From an uncultured Acidobacteriota bacterium (GTDB taxonomy: Bacteria; Acidobacteriota; UBA6911), in contig CAWJKZ010000017.1 in assembly GCA_963843575.1 (NCBI GenBank), positions 32,001-96,000 of the forward strand: a stretch of 64,000 nt of DNA. The letters are read 5' to 3'. Below, piece after piece: positions 39,164 to 48,944 of the stretch. Each line of letters opens with the position of its first letter. Position 1 is the stretch's first letter. The notes under the pieces were generated by a model, which saw nothing but the letters and a program-made list of their open reading frames with translations, made no database searches and had not been told where the DNA came from. A program made the translations under genes and the position numbers.

Positions 39164-41896
39164 TTGTCGTTGAAATTAACCGTCCCCAGACTTGATTTCG
39201 AGAAGTACAGGCTCAAAAACGGCCTGGAGGTGATCCTCGTTGAGGATCATCGCCTGCCGCTGGTGGCAGTCAACGTCTGGTATCACGTGGGGCCAGCGAA
39301 CGAGAGGCCCGGCCTGACGGGGTTCGCCCACCTGTTCGAGCACATGATGTTCGAGGGCTCGAGGCACGTCCCCGAGGAAGGGCACTTCAGGTTGCTGGAA
39401 GCCGCCGGGGCCAGCGACATCAACGGAACGACGGACTTCGACCGGACGAACTATTTCGAGACGCTCCCGTCCAACCAGCTCGAGCTTGCGCTGTGGCTCG
39501 AGAGCGACCGCATGGGTTTTCTGCTGGACAGGCTCGACGCCGCGAACCTGGAGAACCAGCGCGACGTGGTGCGCAACGAGCGGCGCCAGAGCGTGGAGGG
39601 GACGCCGTATGGGATCGTCCAGGAGGGCCTGTTCCACCTCCTGTACCCGAGCGAGCACCCCTATTACGCGTCGGTGATCGGGTCTCATGCCGACATAGAG
39701 GCGGCCCGGCTCGCCGACATCCGAGAGTTTTTCAAGCTGTACTACGCGCCAAACAACGCGAGCCTGGCGGTGGTGGGAGACCTCGACCGCGCAGCCGCCA
39801 GGATTCTGATCGAAAAGTATTTCGGCCCGATCCCGGCAGGGGCGCCCGTCCCGCCGATCGAGGTCCGCACGCCCCCGATATCCTCGGAGCGGCGGGCCGT
39901 CATCACAGATCAGGTCGAGTTGCCGCGGGTTTACCTGGCCTGGATCACCGACCCGATATTCAAGCCCGGCGACGCCGAGTGCGACCTGATCGGGCGGATC
40001 CTCGGCGGCGGCAAGTCCAGCCGCCTGTACAAGCGCCTGGTGTACGACGACCGCATCGCGCAGGACGCGAGCGCCATGCAGTACTCGCTCGCGCTCGGCT
40101 CCCTGTTCACCGTCGAGGCCACGGCCAAGCCCGGCGTCGCCCCCGAGACAGTCGAGCGCTGCATTGACGAGGAGCTCGACAGGTTCGTCGTCGAGGGCCC
40201 GACCGAGGCGGAACTCGCCGGGGCCCGCAACACCATCCAGTCGGCCATTATTCGGGGCCTGGAGACGCTCGGCGGCTTCGGCGGAGTCGCGGACCGGCTC
40301 AACCAGTACAACCATTATCTGGGGGACCCCGGCTATCTCGCCGCGGATCTGGCCAGATACGAGCAGGCCACGCCGGCGCGCCTGGCGGAGGTTGCGCAAA
40401 CCCGGCTGCGACGCGAGAACCGCGCGGTGGTCTACGGCGTGCCGGGAGAGAAGATCGTGGACGACGTGCCGAGGTCGGCGGACCCCGACCGTACCCCGGG
40501 CGCCGAGCCTGCGGACGTCCCGGGCCAGCAATGGCGCGCCTCGATTCCTTCCGCCGCACCCCCTTCGCCGCTCGTGCTCCCCGTTCCGGTCTCGTTCCGG
40601 CTCGACAACGGTCTGACGGTCCTGCTCGTGGAACAGCACGGTTTGCCCGTGGTTTCCGCCAACCTGGTATCCCTCAGCGGCAGCGAGTGCAACCCGCCCG
40701 AACGCCCCGGGTTGGCCGCTTTCACGGCCGACATGCTCGACGAGGGGACAAAGCGCCGGTCGGCGCTGCAGATCGCGGACGACGCGGACCAGCTGGGCGC
40801 CACGCTGTCGACCGGTTCCTCCACCGACATGTCGTACGCGGCGATCAGGAGTCTGAAACGCAACGCACGTGCCGCTTTGGAGCTGCTCGCCGACGTCGCA
40901 CTCCACCCCGAGTTCCCCGCCGGCGACATCGAGCGCGTGCGCCACGACCGCATCACCCACATCCTGCAGCAGCGCGACAACCCCGGCGCGATCGCGTCCA
41001 AGGCGTTCTTCGGAACGGTGTATGGACCACGACACCCCTACGGCTACACCGAGATCGGGTCGGAAGCTTCGGTGCGGTCCATCTCCCGGGACGAACTCGT
41101 CGGTTTCTGGGAGCGCGGCTACGCGCCCGGGAATTCGGCGCTGGTGGTCGCCGGGGACATCACGGTCGAGGAACTGCGGGAGCTCGCCGGGGAGCTGTTC
41201 GGGGCCTGGCGCGGCGCAGGCAGCGCCGCAGGACTCCCGGCCGCGGCCGGCGCCCGCGGCCGCAGGGTTGTGATCGTGGACAAGCCGGGCGCTCCGCAAA
41301 CAAGCCTCCGCATCGGCCACGTGGGAATCTCCCGTTCCGACCCCGACTACATCCCCGTCGACGTGATGAACACGGCGCTGGGCGGCCTTTTCTCGAGCCG
41401 GATCAATATGAACCTGCGCGAGGCGCACGGGTACACCTACGGCGCTTCCTCGGGTTTCGCCTTCCGCCGCGGGCCGGGGCCCTTCGTCGTCGCCACCAAC
41501 GTGCGAACCGACGTGACCGCGGCCGCGGTTTCGGAGGTGTTGCACGAGATCGAGCGGATGCGTAACAGCGAACCGACGGAAGTGGAGCTCGCGACCGCCA
41601 AGGATTCCATCTCCCGTTCCCTCGCGGGTTATTTCGAGACGACGCCGCAATCGGCATCGACCGCCGGACAGCTGTTCGTGCACGACCTGCCGCTGGATTT
41701 CTACCGCACGCTCCCGGGGCGGGTCGAGGCGGTGAGCGCCGCGGCCGCCCGGCACGCGGCGGAGACACACCTGCACCCGGAAGAGCTCGTCATCGTGGCG
41801 GTGGGCGACCGCAGCCGCATCGAGCCACAACTCTGGGACGCGGGGTTCGGCCCCGTCGAGTACCGGTGCCTGGATGGAGAGCCCGCAAAGGGCTGA
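39164..41896 (+). CDS. M16 family zinc protease (pitrilysin-like, fused halves)
   Basis: [19 protein letters not shown] (HxxEH), [11 protein letters not shown]; second LDNGL; [15 protein letters not shown]. Confidence 0.93.
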   Translation: MSLKLTVPRLDFEKYRLKNGLEVILVEDHRLPLVAVNVWYHVGPANERPGLTGFAHLFEHMMFEGSRHVPEEGHFRLLEAAGASDINGTTDFDRTNYFETLPSNQLELALWLESDRMGFLLDRLDAANLENQRDVVRNERRQSVEGTPYGIVQEGLFHLLYPSEHPYYASVIGSHADIEAARLADIREFFKLYYAPNNASLAVVGDLDRAAARILIEKYFGPIPAGAPVPPIEVRTPPISSERRAVITDQVELPRVYLAWITDPIFKPGDAECDLIGRILGGGKSSRLYKRLVYDDRIAQDASAMQYSLALGSLFTVEATAKPGVAPETVERCIDEELDRFVVEGPTEAELAGARNTIQSAIIRGLETLGGFGGVADRLNQYNHYLGDPGYLAADLARYEQATPARLAEVAQTRLRRENRAVVYGVPGEKIVDDVPRSADPDRTPGAEPADVPGQQWRASIPSAAPPSPLVLPVPVSFRLDNGLTVLLVEQHGLPVVSANLVSLSGSECNPPERPGLAAFTADMLDEGTKRRSALQIADDADQLGATLSTGSSTDMSYAAIRSLKRNARAALELLADVALHPEFPAGDIERVRHDRITHILQQRDNPGAIASKAFFGTVYGPRHPYGYTEIGSEASVRSISRDELVGFWERGYAPGNSALVVAGDITVEELRELAGELFGAWRGAGSAAGLPAAAGARGRRVVIVDKPGAPQTSLRIGHVGISRSDPDYIPVDVMNTALGGLFSSRINMNLREAHGYTYGASSGFAFRRGPGPFVVATNVRTDVTAAAVSEVLHEIERMRNSEPTEVELATAKDSISRSLAGYFETTPQSASTAGQLFVHDLPLDFYRTLPGRVEAVSAAAARHAAETHLHPEELVIVAVGDRSRIEPQLWDAGFGPVEYRCLDGEPAKG

Positions 41897-41901
41897 CACC
41901 C

Positions 41902-42987
41902 ATGAACAGGATCCTGTCCACGACGAACTGGCTCAACTACCTGCTGATTTTTGTGCCCGTCGCGATCGTGCTGGAATACGTGGTCCACCCCAGCGCCATC
42001 TGCATCTTCGCCGTGTCGGCGCTGGCCATCGTCCCTCTTGCCGGCATCATGGGGGACGCCACCGAACAGCTGGCCGGGAAGCTGGGCGAGGGACTCGGCG
42101 GTCTGCTCAATGCCACCTTCGGCAACGCGGCCGAACTTATCATCGCCGTCCTGGCCCTGCAGGCGGGGCTGCACGACCTGGTGAAAGCGTCGATCACCGG
42201 ATCGATCATCGGCAACGTCCTGCTGGTGTTCGGCCTGAGCGTGGTGGTCGGCGGCACGAAGTACAGCACCCAGAAGTTCAACAAGACCGCCGCCAGCGTG
42301 GGCACGACCATGCTCGTCCTCAGCGCCGTCAGCCTGGTCGTGCCGGCCATCTTCCACCTGATCGCACCCAGCGAGATCAGGGTCGAACGCGAGCTCAGCT
42401 TCGAAATCGCCGTGGTCCTGACCATCACCTACGCTCTGAGCCTGCTGTTCACCCTCAAGACCCACCGGTTTCTGTACGCCGGGGGACACGGCGGGCACGA
42501 GGGAACGGCGCCGCACCAACCCGCCTGGCACGCGACCCTCCGGCTGCTGGGCGCGACGGCCCTGGTCGCCCTGATGAGCGAGTTCCTGATCGGCGCGGTC
42601 GACGAGACCGCCCGCAGCCTGGGGATGAACGAAGTCTTCGTCGGCGTCATTCTCGTCGCGATCATCGGGAACGCCGCCGAGCACTCGACCGCTGTGATCG
42701 CGGCGATGAAGAACAAAATGGACCTGGCGGTTAATATCGCGGTGGGATCCTCGATCCAGATCGCGCTCTTCGTCGCGCCCTTGATCCTCTTCCTCAGCTA
42801 TCTCGTGGGCCCCGCCCCGATGGATCTGCACTTTACGACCTTCGAGGTGATGGCCGTGGTCCTGGCCGTCGCGATCATGGCCCTGATCTCTCAGGACGGC
42901 GAGTCCAACTGGATGGAAGGGGTCCAGCTGCTGGCGGTCTACACGATCCTCGGCATCGCCTTTTACTTCCTGCCGGCCGGCCATTGA
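41902..42987 (+). CDS. cax: Ca2+/H+ antiporter (CAX/ChaA family)
   Basis: [12 protein letters not shown] and AIIGNAAEH alpha-repeats; [10 protein letters not shown]; DGESNWMEG. Confidence 0.93.
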   Translation: MNRILSTTNWLNYLLIFVPVAIVLEYVVHPSAICIFAVSALAIVPLAGIMGDATEQLAGKLGEGLGGLLNATFGNAAELIIAVLALQAGLHDLVKASITGSIIGNVLLVFGLSVVVGGTKYSTQKFNKTAASVGTTMLVLSAVSLVVPAIFHLIAPSEIRVERELSFEIAVVLTITYALSLLFTLKTHRFLYAGGHGGHEGTAPHQPAWHATLRLLGATALVALMSEFLIGAVDETARSLGMNEVFVGVILVAIIGNAAEHSTAVIAAMKNKMDLAVNIAVGSSIQIALFVAPLILFLSYLVGPAPMDLHFTTFEVMAVVLAVAIMALISQDGESNWMEGVQLLAVYTILGIAFYFLPAGH

Positions 42988-43047
42988 TAGGTCGAGCTCC
43001 CCCGCACCCTACCAGCGCGCCCAAAAAACAAGTGCGTTCGGGCTTCA

Positions 43048-43392
43048 GAGGCTGTCCAACGGTTGATCTGCCCGATCCAAACAAGATACAAGTGGGTTCG
43101 GGCTTCAGCCCGGAGGCAGTTTGCGGTCGCTGTAACGTGCGCCCGTCGCCACATGGATCAGATCAAAAGACGTCCGGGCTGAACAGGCTGTCCAACGGTT
43201 GACGTTCAATCCGGACGAACTGAAGTAATCTGGAGTGCGGCGCCTCGGCGCCGCTTTCACTCGTCCTACGGCAGGAATGCTCGGCGCCTCGGCGCCACGC
43301 CGAATTGCGAGATGCGACCCTGCGACCTCGGCCTTTGGTGGCGTCGAGCCAGTCGAGCCGCCGCACTTCACAATCAACCGTTGGACAGCCGC
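43048..43392. mobile_element. Composite MITE with GAGGCTGTCCAACGGTTGA TIRs and TTCA TSD, inserted into repeat family B
   Basis: TTCA(43044-47)[GAGGCTGTCCAACGGTTGA...TCAACCGTTGGACAGCCGC]TTCA(43393-96); removal restores GGGC-TTCA-GCCCGGACG. Confidence 0.7.
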
Positions 43393-43513
43393 TTCAGCCC
43401 GGACGCAGCTTGCGGTCGCAATTGCGGGGCGGGTGGAACTACATGGAGCGGTTTTAAAGACGGCTGCCCGGCCGGCTTGGTACATCCGGGGCGGCGTGGT
43501 ACTTTTTTCGTTT

Positions 43514-44928
43514 ATGCCCAACGAATCTCTGAACATCAATCTCCAGAGCGAGACTCTGAACGTCACGGGCGCGATCCTCGACCGCTACAACGTCCCGGGG
43601 CCGCGCTACACGAGTTATCCGACCGCGCCCGAGTGGCTCGACACGTTCGGGCCCGACGATTACGACGAGGTCGTCCGCGCCTCCAACGCCGCGCGCCCGG
43701 CTGCCCCCGTCTCCCTCTACATGCATCTCCCTTTCTGCGAGCGGCTGTGTCTCTTCTGCGGCTGCAACGTGGTCATCAACAGGAACCACGACGTGGCGCT
43801 CGACTACCTCGAGGCGCTCCGTTGGGAAATTGACCAGCTCGCCGGAAGACTGGACCGGGGGCGGCAGCGTCGTCCAGCTGCACTGGGGGGGCGGGACCCC
43901 GACCTATCTTGACGCCTCCCAGCTCGAGCAGCTCTTCCAGTACACGCGTGAGCGGTTCAACTTCGCGCCGGACGCCGAGATCGGGATAGAGGTCGACCCG
44001 CGCGCCACCCGGTCAGACCAGCTGCGCGTGCTGCGCCGCCTGGGTTTCAACCGGATCTCGATGGGCATCCAGGACTTCAACCCCGAGGTGCAGCGGACCG
44101 TACACCGGATCCAGCCCTACGAGATGACGCGCGCGCTTTACGACCTCTGCCGCGAGCTTAAGTTCGATTCGGTGAACGTCGACCTGATCTACGGGCTTCC
44201 GCACCAGACGCCGGAATCGTTCGTCGACTCGGTCGACAAGGTGATCCTGATGCGGCCGGACCGGGTCGCGATGTTCAGCTACGCGCACGTCCCGTGGCTG
44301 AAGAAGCAGCAGGGGTCGTTTGCGCGCCACATACCGCAGGGGATGGACAAGTTCAGGATCTTCCGCGCCGGCATCGAGCGGTTCACGGAGGCGGGCTACA
44401 CCTATATCGGGATGGATCATTTCGCGCTGCCGGACGACGAACTCTGTCTCGCCCAACGGAACCGCACCCTGCACCGGAACTTCCAGGGATACACGACCAA
44501 AGCCGGCGCCGACCTGTTCGGGGTCGGGGTCAGCTCCATCAGCGGCGTGGGCCGCGCATACGCCCAGAACCAGCGCGACCTGAAGCTGTATTACGGCGCA
44601 GTCGGGCAGAGGACGCTCCCGACCATGCGCGGCACACGGCTCGACGCGGACGACGCCCTCCGGCGGGAGGTGATCAGCCGCATCCTGTGCCACTGCGTGC
44701 TGCACAAAGTCGGAGATCGAGTCGCAGTTCGACGTCCGGTTCGACGAGTATTTCGGCGACGAGCTCGACCGCCTGCGCCGGCTCGAGGACGACGGCCTGG
44801 TCGTGCTGTCCGCCGACCAGGTCGCCGTGACCTCGCTCGGCCGCATCTTCATCCGGAACGTCGGGATGGTGTTCGACCGGTACCTGCAGAAGCCGAAGGA
44901 CCGGCCGGTCTTTTCCAAAACCCTGTGA
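43514..44928 (+). CDS. hemN: Oxygen-independent coproporphyrinogen III oxidase (two apparent +1 frameshifts near 43862 and 44707)
   Basis: GPRYTSYPTA, LYMHLPFCERLCLFCGC, LHWGGGTP, IGMDHFA, HRNFQGYTT, C-terminal FSKTL*. Confidence 0.92.
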
Positions 44929-44939
44929 ACGGCCCCAAA

Positions 44940-45980
44940 ATGCCCCTCGCGGAGAATACCGGCGGCGGAGAGCGCCGCGGCGTGCTCCTCTTCAACCTGG
45001 GAGGCCCGGAAACGCTGGCGGACGTGCGGCCGTTCCTGTTCAACCTCTTTTCCGATCCCGACATCATCCGGATCCGGAACGCGACCGCGCGCAGGGCGCT
45101 CGCCTGGTTGATCGCGACCACCCGGCAGCGCAAGTCGCGCGACCTGTACCGGCAGATCGGCGGGGGTTCGCCGCTGCGGCGCATCACCGGGCAGCAGGCC
45201 GCCGCACTCGAGCAACGGCTCGCCTCGCGGGGGATGCAGGCCCGGGTCTATGTCGGGATGCGCTGCTGGAAACCGTCGATAGACGAAGCCGTGGACCGCA
45301 TCCGAAAGGACGGCATCACCCGGCTGGCGGCCCTCCCCCTCTTCCCGCAGTTTTCGTTCACCACGACGGGCTCGTGCTTCAACTACCTCCGGCCGCTGCT
45401 GGAAAAATCCGGGCTGGCGCGCCGGATCGCAGTCTCGTACGTGCAATCCTGGTTCGACAATCCGCTGTACCTCGAGTGCATGGCAGACCTGATCCTCGAG
45501 GCCCGCGCGAAGTTCACCAGCACCGACCCTGGCGCCGTCCACCTGCTCTACAGCGCGCATTCCATCCCGGCGCGCTACGTCGACGAAGGGGATCCCTACC
45601 TGGAACAGACACGCCGCACGGTGGAGCTGCTCGACGGACGGCTGGGCAATGCGTCACCTTCTACGCTTGCCTTCCAGAGCAAGGTCGGGCCGGTGAAGTG
45701 GCTCGAGCCGGCCACGAGCAAGGTGCTGCAGGAGATGGGGAAGAAGGGGATCGAGAGGGTCCTGGCCGTCCCCGTGAGCTTCGTTTCGGACCACATCGAA
45801 ACCCTGCAGGAGATCGACATCCTCTATCGCGACCTGGCCGCGGCCGCCGGGATCCGGGAGTTTTACAGGGCGGCCGCGCCGAATCTACACCCGAAATTCA
45901 TCGACGCCCTGGCCGAGGTCGCGGCCGGCGCGTTCGGGATCCCGGCGGTGGCCGGGGGTGGCCCCAACCCGCCCCGATAG
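44940..45980 (+). CDS. hemH: Ferrochelatase
   Basis: GVLLFNLGGP, YRQIGGGSPL, LFPQFS, SAHSIP, FQSKVGPVKWLEP, FVSDHIETL. Confidence 0.95.
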   Translation: MPLAENTGGGERRGVLLFNLGGPETLADVRPFLFNLFSDPDIIRIRNATARRALAWLIATTRQRKSRDLYRQIGGGSPLRRITGQQAAALEQRLASRGMQARVYVGMRCWKPSIDEAVDRIRKDGITRLAALPLFPQFSFTTTGSCFNYLRPLLEKSGLARRIAVSYVQSWFDNPLYLECMADLILEARAKFTSTDPGAVHLLYSAHSIPARYVDEGDPYLEQTRRTVELLDGRLGNASPSTLAFQSKVGPVKWLEPATSKVLQEMGKKGIERVLAVPVSFVSDHIETLQEIDILYRDLAAAAGIREFYRAAAPNLHPKFIDALAEVAAGAFGIPAVAGGGPNPPR

Positions 45981-46039
45981 GCTGCAGCCGAATGGGGTTC
46001 GGGGGCCGCGGGCGGCCCACTCTCCCACGGAGAGGCGGC

Positions 46040-46546
46040 TCAGGGGTTCCTGAGCTGCTCGATCTGGCCTCGCAGCTGGTCTCCCATCCTCGGGCTGAAG
46101 CCGATCTGGACGTGGCGGACAACTCCGTCTTTGTCGATCAGGACCTGCATGGGAATGGAGCCGCTGCGGTACTTCCGACCCACCTCCCCCTCCTCGTCGA
46201 GCAGCACCCGGGAGTGGAGGTTTTGCCTCTTGACGTAGCCCGCGACCAGATCGCGGGGCTCCTCGAGGTTGATGGCGAGCAGTGCCAGGTCGGAGGTGTA
46301 CTGGGATTGCAGTTTCTCGAGGAGCGGCATGCTCATGCGGCACGGACCGCACCACGTCGCCCAGAAGTCGAGGAGCACGACCTTGCCCTTGAACTGATCG
46401 AGGGAGACCTCGTTGCCGTTCAGGTCCGCGAGCTTGAATGCCGGCGCAGGTTGCCCCACCTCCAGTTCGCCGGTGGGTGCGGGCGCGGAGCAGCCCAGTT
46501 GCCACGCTACGAGCGCCAGGCAAGCGGCGATTACGATCTTCCTCAT
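46040..46546 (-). CDS. TlpA/ResA-like thiol:disulfide oxidoreductase lipoprotein
   Basis: Lipobox-like QLGC; LDFWATWCGPC; IP cis-Pro region. Confidence 0.92.
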   Translation of the reverse strand: MRKIVIAACLALVAWQLGCSAPAPTGELEVGQPAPAFKLADLNGNEVSLDQFKGKVVLLDFWATWCGPCRMSMPLLEKLQSQYTSDLALLAINLEEPRDLVAGYVKRQNLHSRVLLDEEGEVGRKYRSGSIPMQVLIDKDGVVRHVQIGFSPRMGDQLRGQIEQLRNP

Positions 46547-46658
46547 TCCGAAAACTCCTCGCGCCGGGGTTGGCCCTCACTCCCTTGATCAAAGGCCCAG
46601 TATACCAGCGCCGAGGGTATACTGAGGGATGTTGAGGCACTTTTCCAGGGAGATAGAC

Positions 46659-47054
46659 ATGCCAGAAGCCAAACACCAGTCCGTGACATCCGCTGCGCTT
46701 CCGAAACCCGCCGGCCCTTATTCCCCGGGCGTGATCTTCGAGAAGCTGATCTTCGTCTCCGGCCAGGGCGCGGTCGACCCGGCAACCGGGGAGCTGTCCG
46801 GCCCCGACGTCGAAAGCCAGACCGAGCAAGTCCTCAAGAACATTGCTGCGATCCTCGAGGCCGCCGGCAGCAGCCTGCAGCACGTGTTGCGTTGCGGCGT
46901 ATTCCTGACCGATATCGGTGAGTTCCCCCGGATGAACGCCGTCTACGGCCGCATGTTCGGGGAGAACCGGCCGGCGCGCACCACGGTCCAGGTCGCGGCG
47001 CTTCCGCGCACCGGTCTCAAGGTCGAGATCGACGCCGTCGCCTACATTCCCTGA
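46659..47054 (+). CDS. RidA/YjgF family enamine deaminase
   Basis: GPYSPG, FVSGQ, RPARTTVQVAALP, VEIDAVA. Confidence 0.92.
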   Translation: MPEAKHQSVTSAALPKPAGPYSPGVIFEKLIFVSGQGAVDPATGELSGPDVESQTEQVLKNIAAILEAAGSSLQHVLRCGVFLTDIGEFPRMNAVYGRMFGENRPARTTVQVAALPRTGLKVEIDAVAYIP

Positions 47055-47063
47055 GACCACTCC

Positions 47064-47525
47064 ATGATCCGGCAGTTCCGGTCTGAAGATGCCCAGGCTT
47101 GCAGCGAGCTCGTGCGCGCCACGGTCGAGCAGGACCCGTCCATGGGCCCGGAGCTGCGCCGTCACCTGCTGCGCCTGGAGTCGCCCCGGGCCATGTTGGA
47201 GAGGGCTCGCCAGTATTACCTGGCCGTCTTCGTGGACGGGTCCGCCGTGGTCGCGGTCGGCGGCGTCGAGATGAACGAGGTGCGGTTTCTGTGTGTCTCG
47301 CCGGGGTGGCAGCGCCGCGGCATCGGGCGAAAACTCCTCCGACACCTGGAAGAGTGGGTTCCCCCGGCGCTGTTCCCCGATGTTTTCGTTTACTCGGCCC
47401 CGTCCGCAACCCGGTTCTACGAGGCCCAGGGATATAGTCCCGCGGGCGAAGACGTGGTCGACGTCGACGGCCACCCGTTGCCGACCGTGTTCATGCGCAA
47501 GAACATTCGCGTGGGTCTGGGCTGA
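47064..47525 (+). CDS. GNAT family N-acetyltransferase
   Basis: VSPGWQRRGIGRKLL, ATRFYEAQGY. Confidence 0.88.
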   Translation: MIRQFRSEDAQACSELVRATVEQDPSMGPELRRHLLRLESPRAMLERARQYYLAVFVDGSAVVAVGGVEMNEVRFLCVSPGWQRRGIGRKLLRHLEEWVPPALFPDVFVYSAPSATRFYEAQGYSPAGEDVVDVDGHPLPTVFMRKNIRVGLG

Positions 47526-47687
47526 AGTGGGCCGCGTCGGCCCGCCGCGGCCCAGTTTGCGCGTCGCCTGACCCAAGTGGGTCCGGGCTTCAGCCCGGAC
47601 GTCTTTTGATCTGAGCTATATAGCGACCGCAAACTGCGCGCCCGGGCTGAAGCCCGGACGCGGCCGCGTCGAGCCGACGCGGCCCAC

Positions 47688-48854
47688 TCAGAGTTCCGAG
47701 AGCGCTGTGCGGATCCGGTCCACCGCGCACCGGATGTTGTCCATGGAGGCTGCGAAGGAGAAGCGGAGGTATCCTTCGCCGCAGGCTCCGAACGCGGTTC
47801 CGGCCAGGCAGGCGACGCCCGCACGGTCCAGCAGGTATTCCGAGATTTCCTTGGAGGTTCCCCCGAACGAACGCACGTTCGGGAAAGCGTAAAAGGTGCC
47901 GTGCGGCAGGAGGCAGCGCACGCCCGGGATGGAGTTGAGCCCGTCGACGATCACCTGTCGCCTGCGCCGGTACTCTTCGATCATCGCGGGGATGGTCGCC
48001 TCCCGGGTTTGCATGGCCGCCAGTCCGGCCTTCTGGGTGAATCCCGGGGTGCAGGAGACGGAGTTGACCAGCAGGCGGTTGATGTGGGGCGCAAGTGCGC
48101 GCGGCATCAGCCCGAACCCGAGCCGCCAGCCCGTCATGCTGTAGGTCTTGGAGAACCCGTCCAAAACTATCGTCCTCTCCGGCATCCCCTCGAGGCTGGC
48201 GATCGAGTGTTGGCTCCCCTCGAAGATGAAGTGGCTGTAGATCTCGTCCGAGAGCACCCAGGCGTCCCCACGGCGGACGACCCCGGCGAGCCCCTGGATG
48301 CTCGCGCGCGTCTCCACTCCCCCGGTCGGGTTGTTGGGCGAGTTGACGATAATCAGGCGGGAGCGGCTGGAAAGGCGGCTGGCGAGGTAGTCCAGGTCGT
48401 AGCGGAAGTCGTTTTCCTCCAGCAACGGGTAAGGGACGGGCGTGCCGCCAGCGAACCGGATCATCGACTCGTAAATCGGGAAACCAGGGTCGGGGTAGAG
48501 GACCTCGTCCCCCTGCTGCACCAGCGCGAGGATGGTGTAAAAGATGATCGGCTTGCCCCCGGGGGTGACGATCACCTGGTCCGGGGAGATCTGCAGCCCT
48601 CGGCGCGCACCCTCGACCTCCGCGATGCGGGTGCGCAGCTCGAGCAGGCCGGCCGAATTCGTGTACTTGGTCAGGCCGCCCCGCAAACCGGCGACGCCGG
48701 CCTCGATGGCGGAATCCGGCGAGGCGAAATCGGGCTCTCCGATCTCGAGGTGGACGATCTGCTTCCCCTGCGCCTCCAGGGCCTGGGCCCTGGCGAAGAC
48801 TTCGAAAGCGGTTTCGGTCCCCAGCCGGCTCATCCTGTCTGAAAGCCTCATCAT
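47688..48854 (-). CDS. Class I/II PLP aminotransferase (aspartate aminotransferase-like)
   Basis: IGEPDF, NSPNNPTG, LSDEIY, GFSKTYSMTGWRLG, GYLRFSF. Confidence 0.93.
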   Translation of the reverse strand: MMRLSDRMSRLGTETAFEVFARAQALEAQGKQIVHLEIGEPDFASPDSAIEAGVAGLRGGLTKYTNSAGLLELRTRIAEVEGARRGLQISPDQVIVTPGGKPIIFYTILALVQQGDEVLYPDPGFPIYESMIRFAGGTPVPYPLLEENDFRYDLDYLASRLSSRSRLIIVNSPNNPTGGVETRASIQGLAGVVRRGDAWVLSDEIYSHFIFEGSQHSIASLEGMPERTIVLDGFSKTYSMTGWRLGFGLMPRALAPHINRLLVNSVSCTPGFTQKAGLAAMQTREATIPAMIEEYRRRRQVIVDGLNSIPGVRCLLPHGTFYAFPNVRSFGGTSKEISEYLLDRAGVACLAGTAFGACGEGYLRFSFAASMDNIRCAVDRIRTALSEL

Positions 48855-48944
48855 CGACCTCGCACGAAAAACAATAATCCTAAGGCCGAACCCGTCGCCA
48901 GTCCAGAGCCGAAGTGGGCCGCGTCGGCCCGACGCGGCCCATGC

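Noticed and set aside
43830-45980. 716-aa ORF that looks like a HemN-HemH fusion
   Set aside because: An extra A near 44707 (CACAAAGTCG) shifts hemN into the hemH frame. The true HemN C-terminus (SEIESQF...FSKTL*) is intact in another frame and ends at 44928, and the apparent linker is nonsense sequence.
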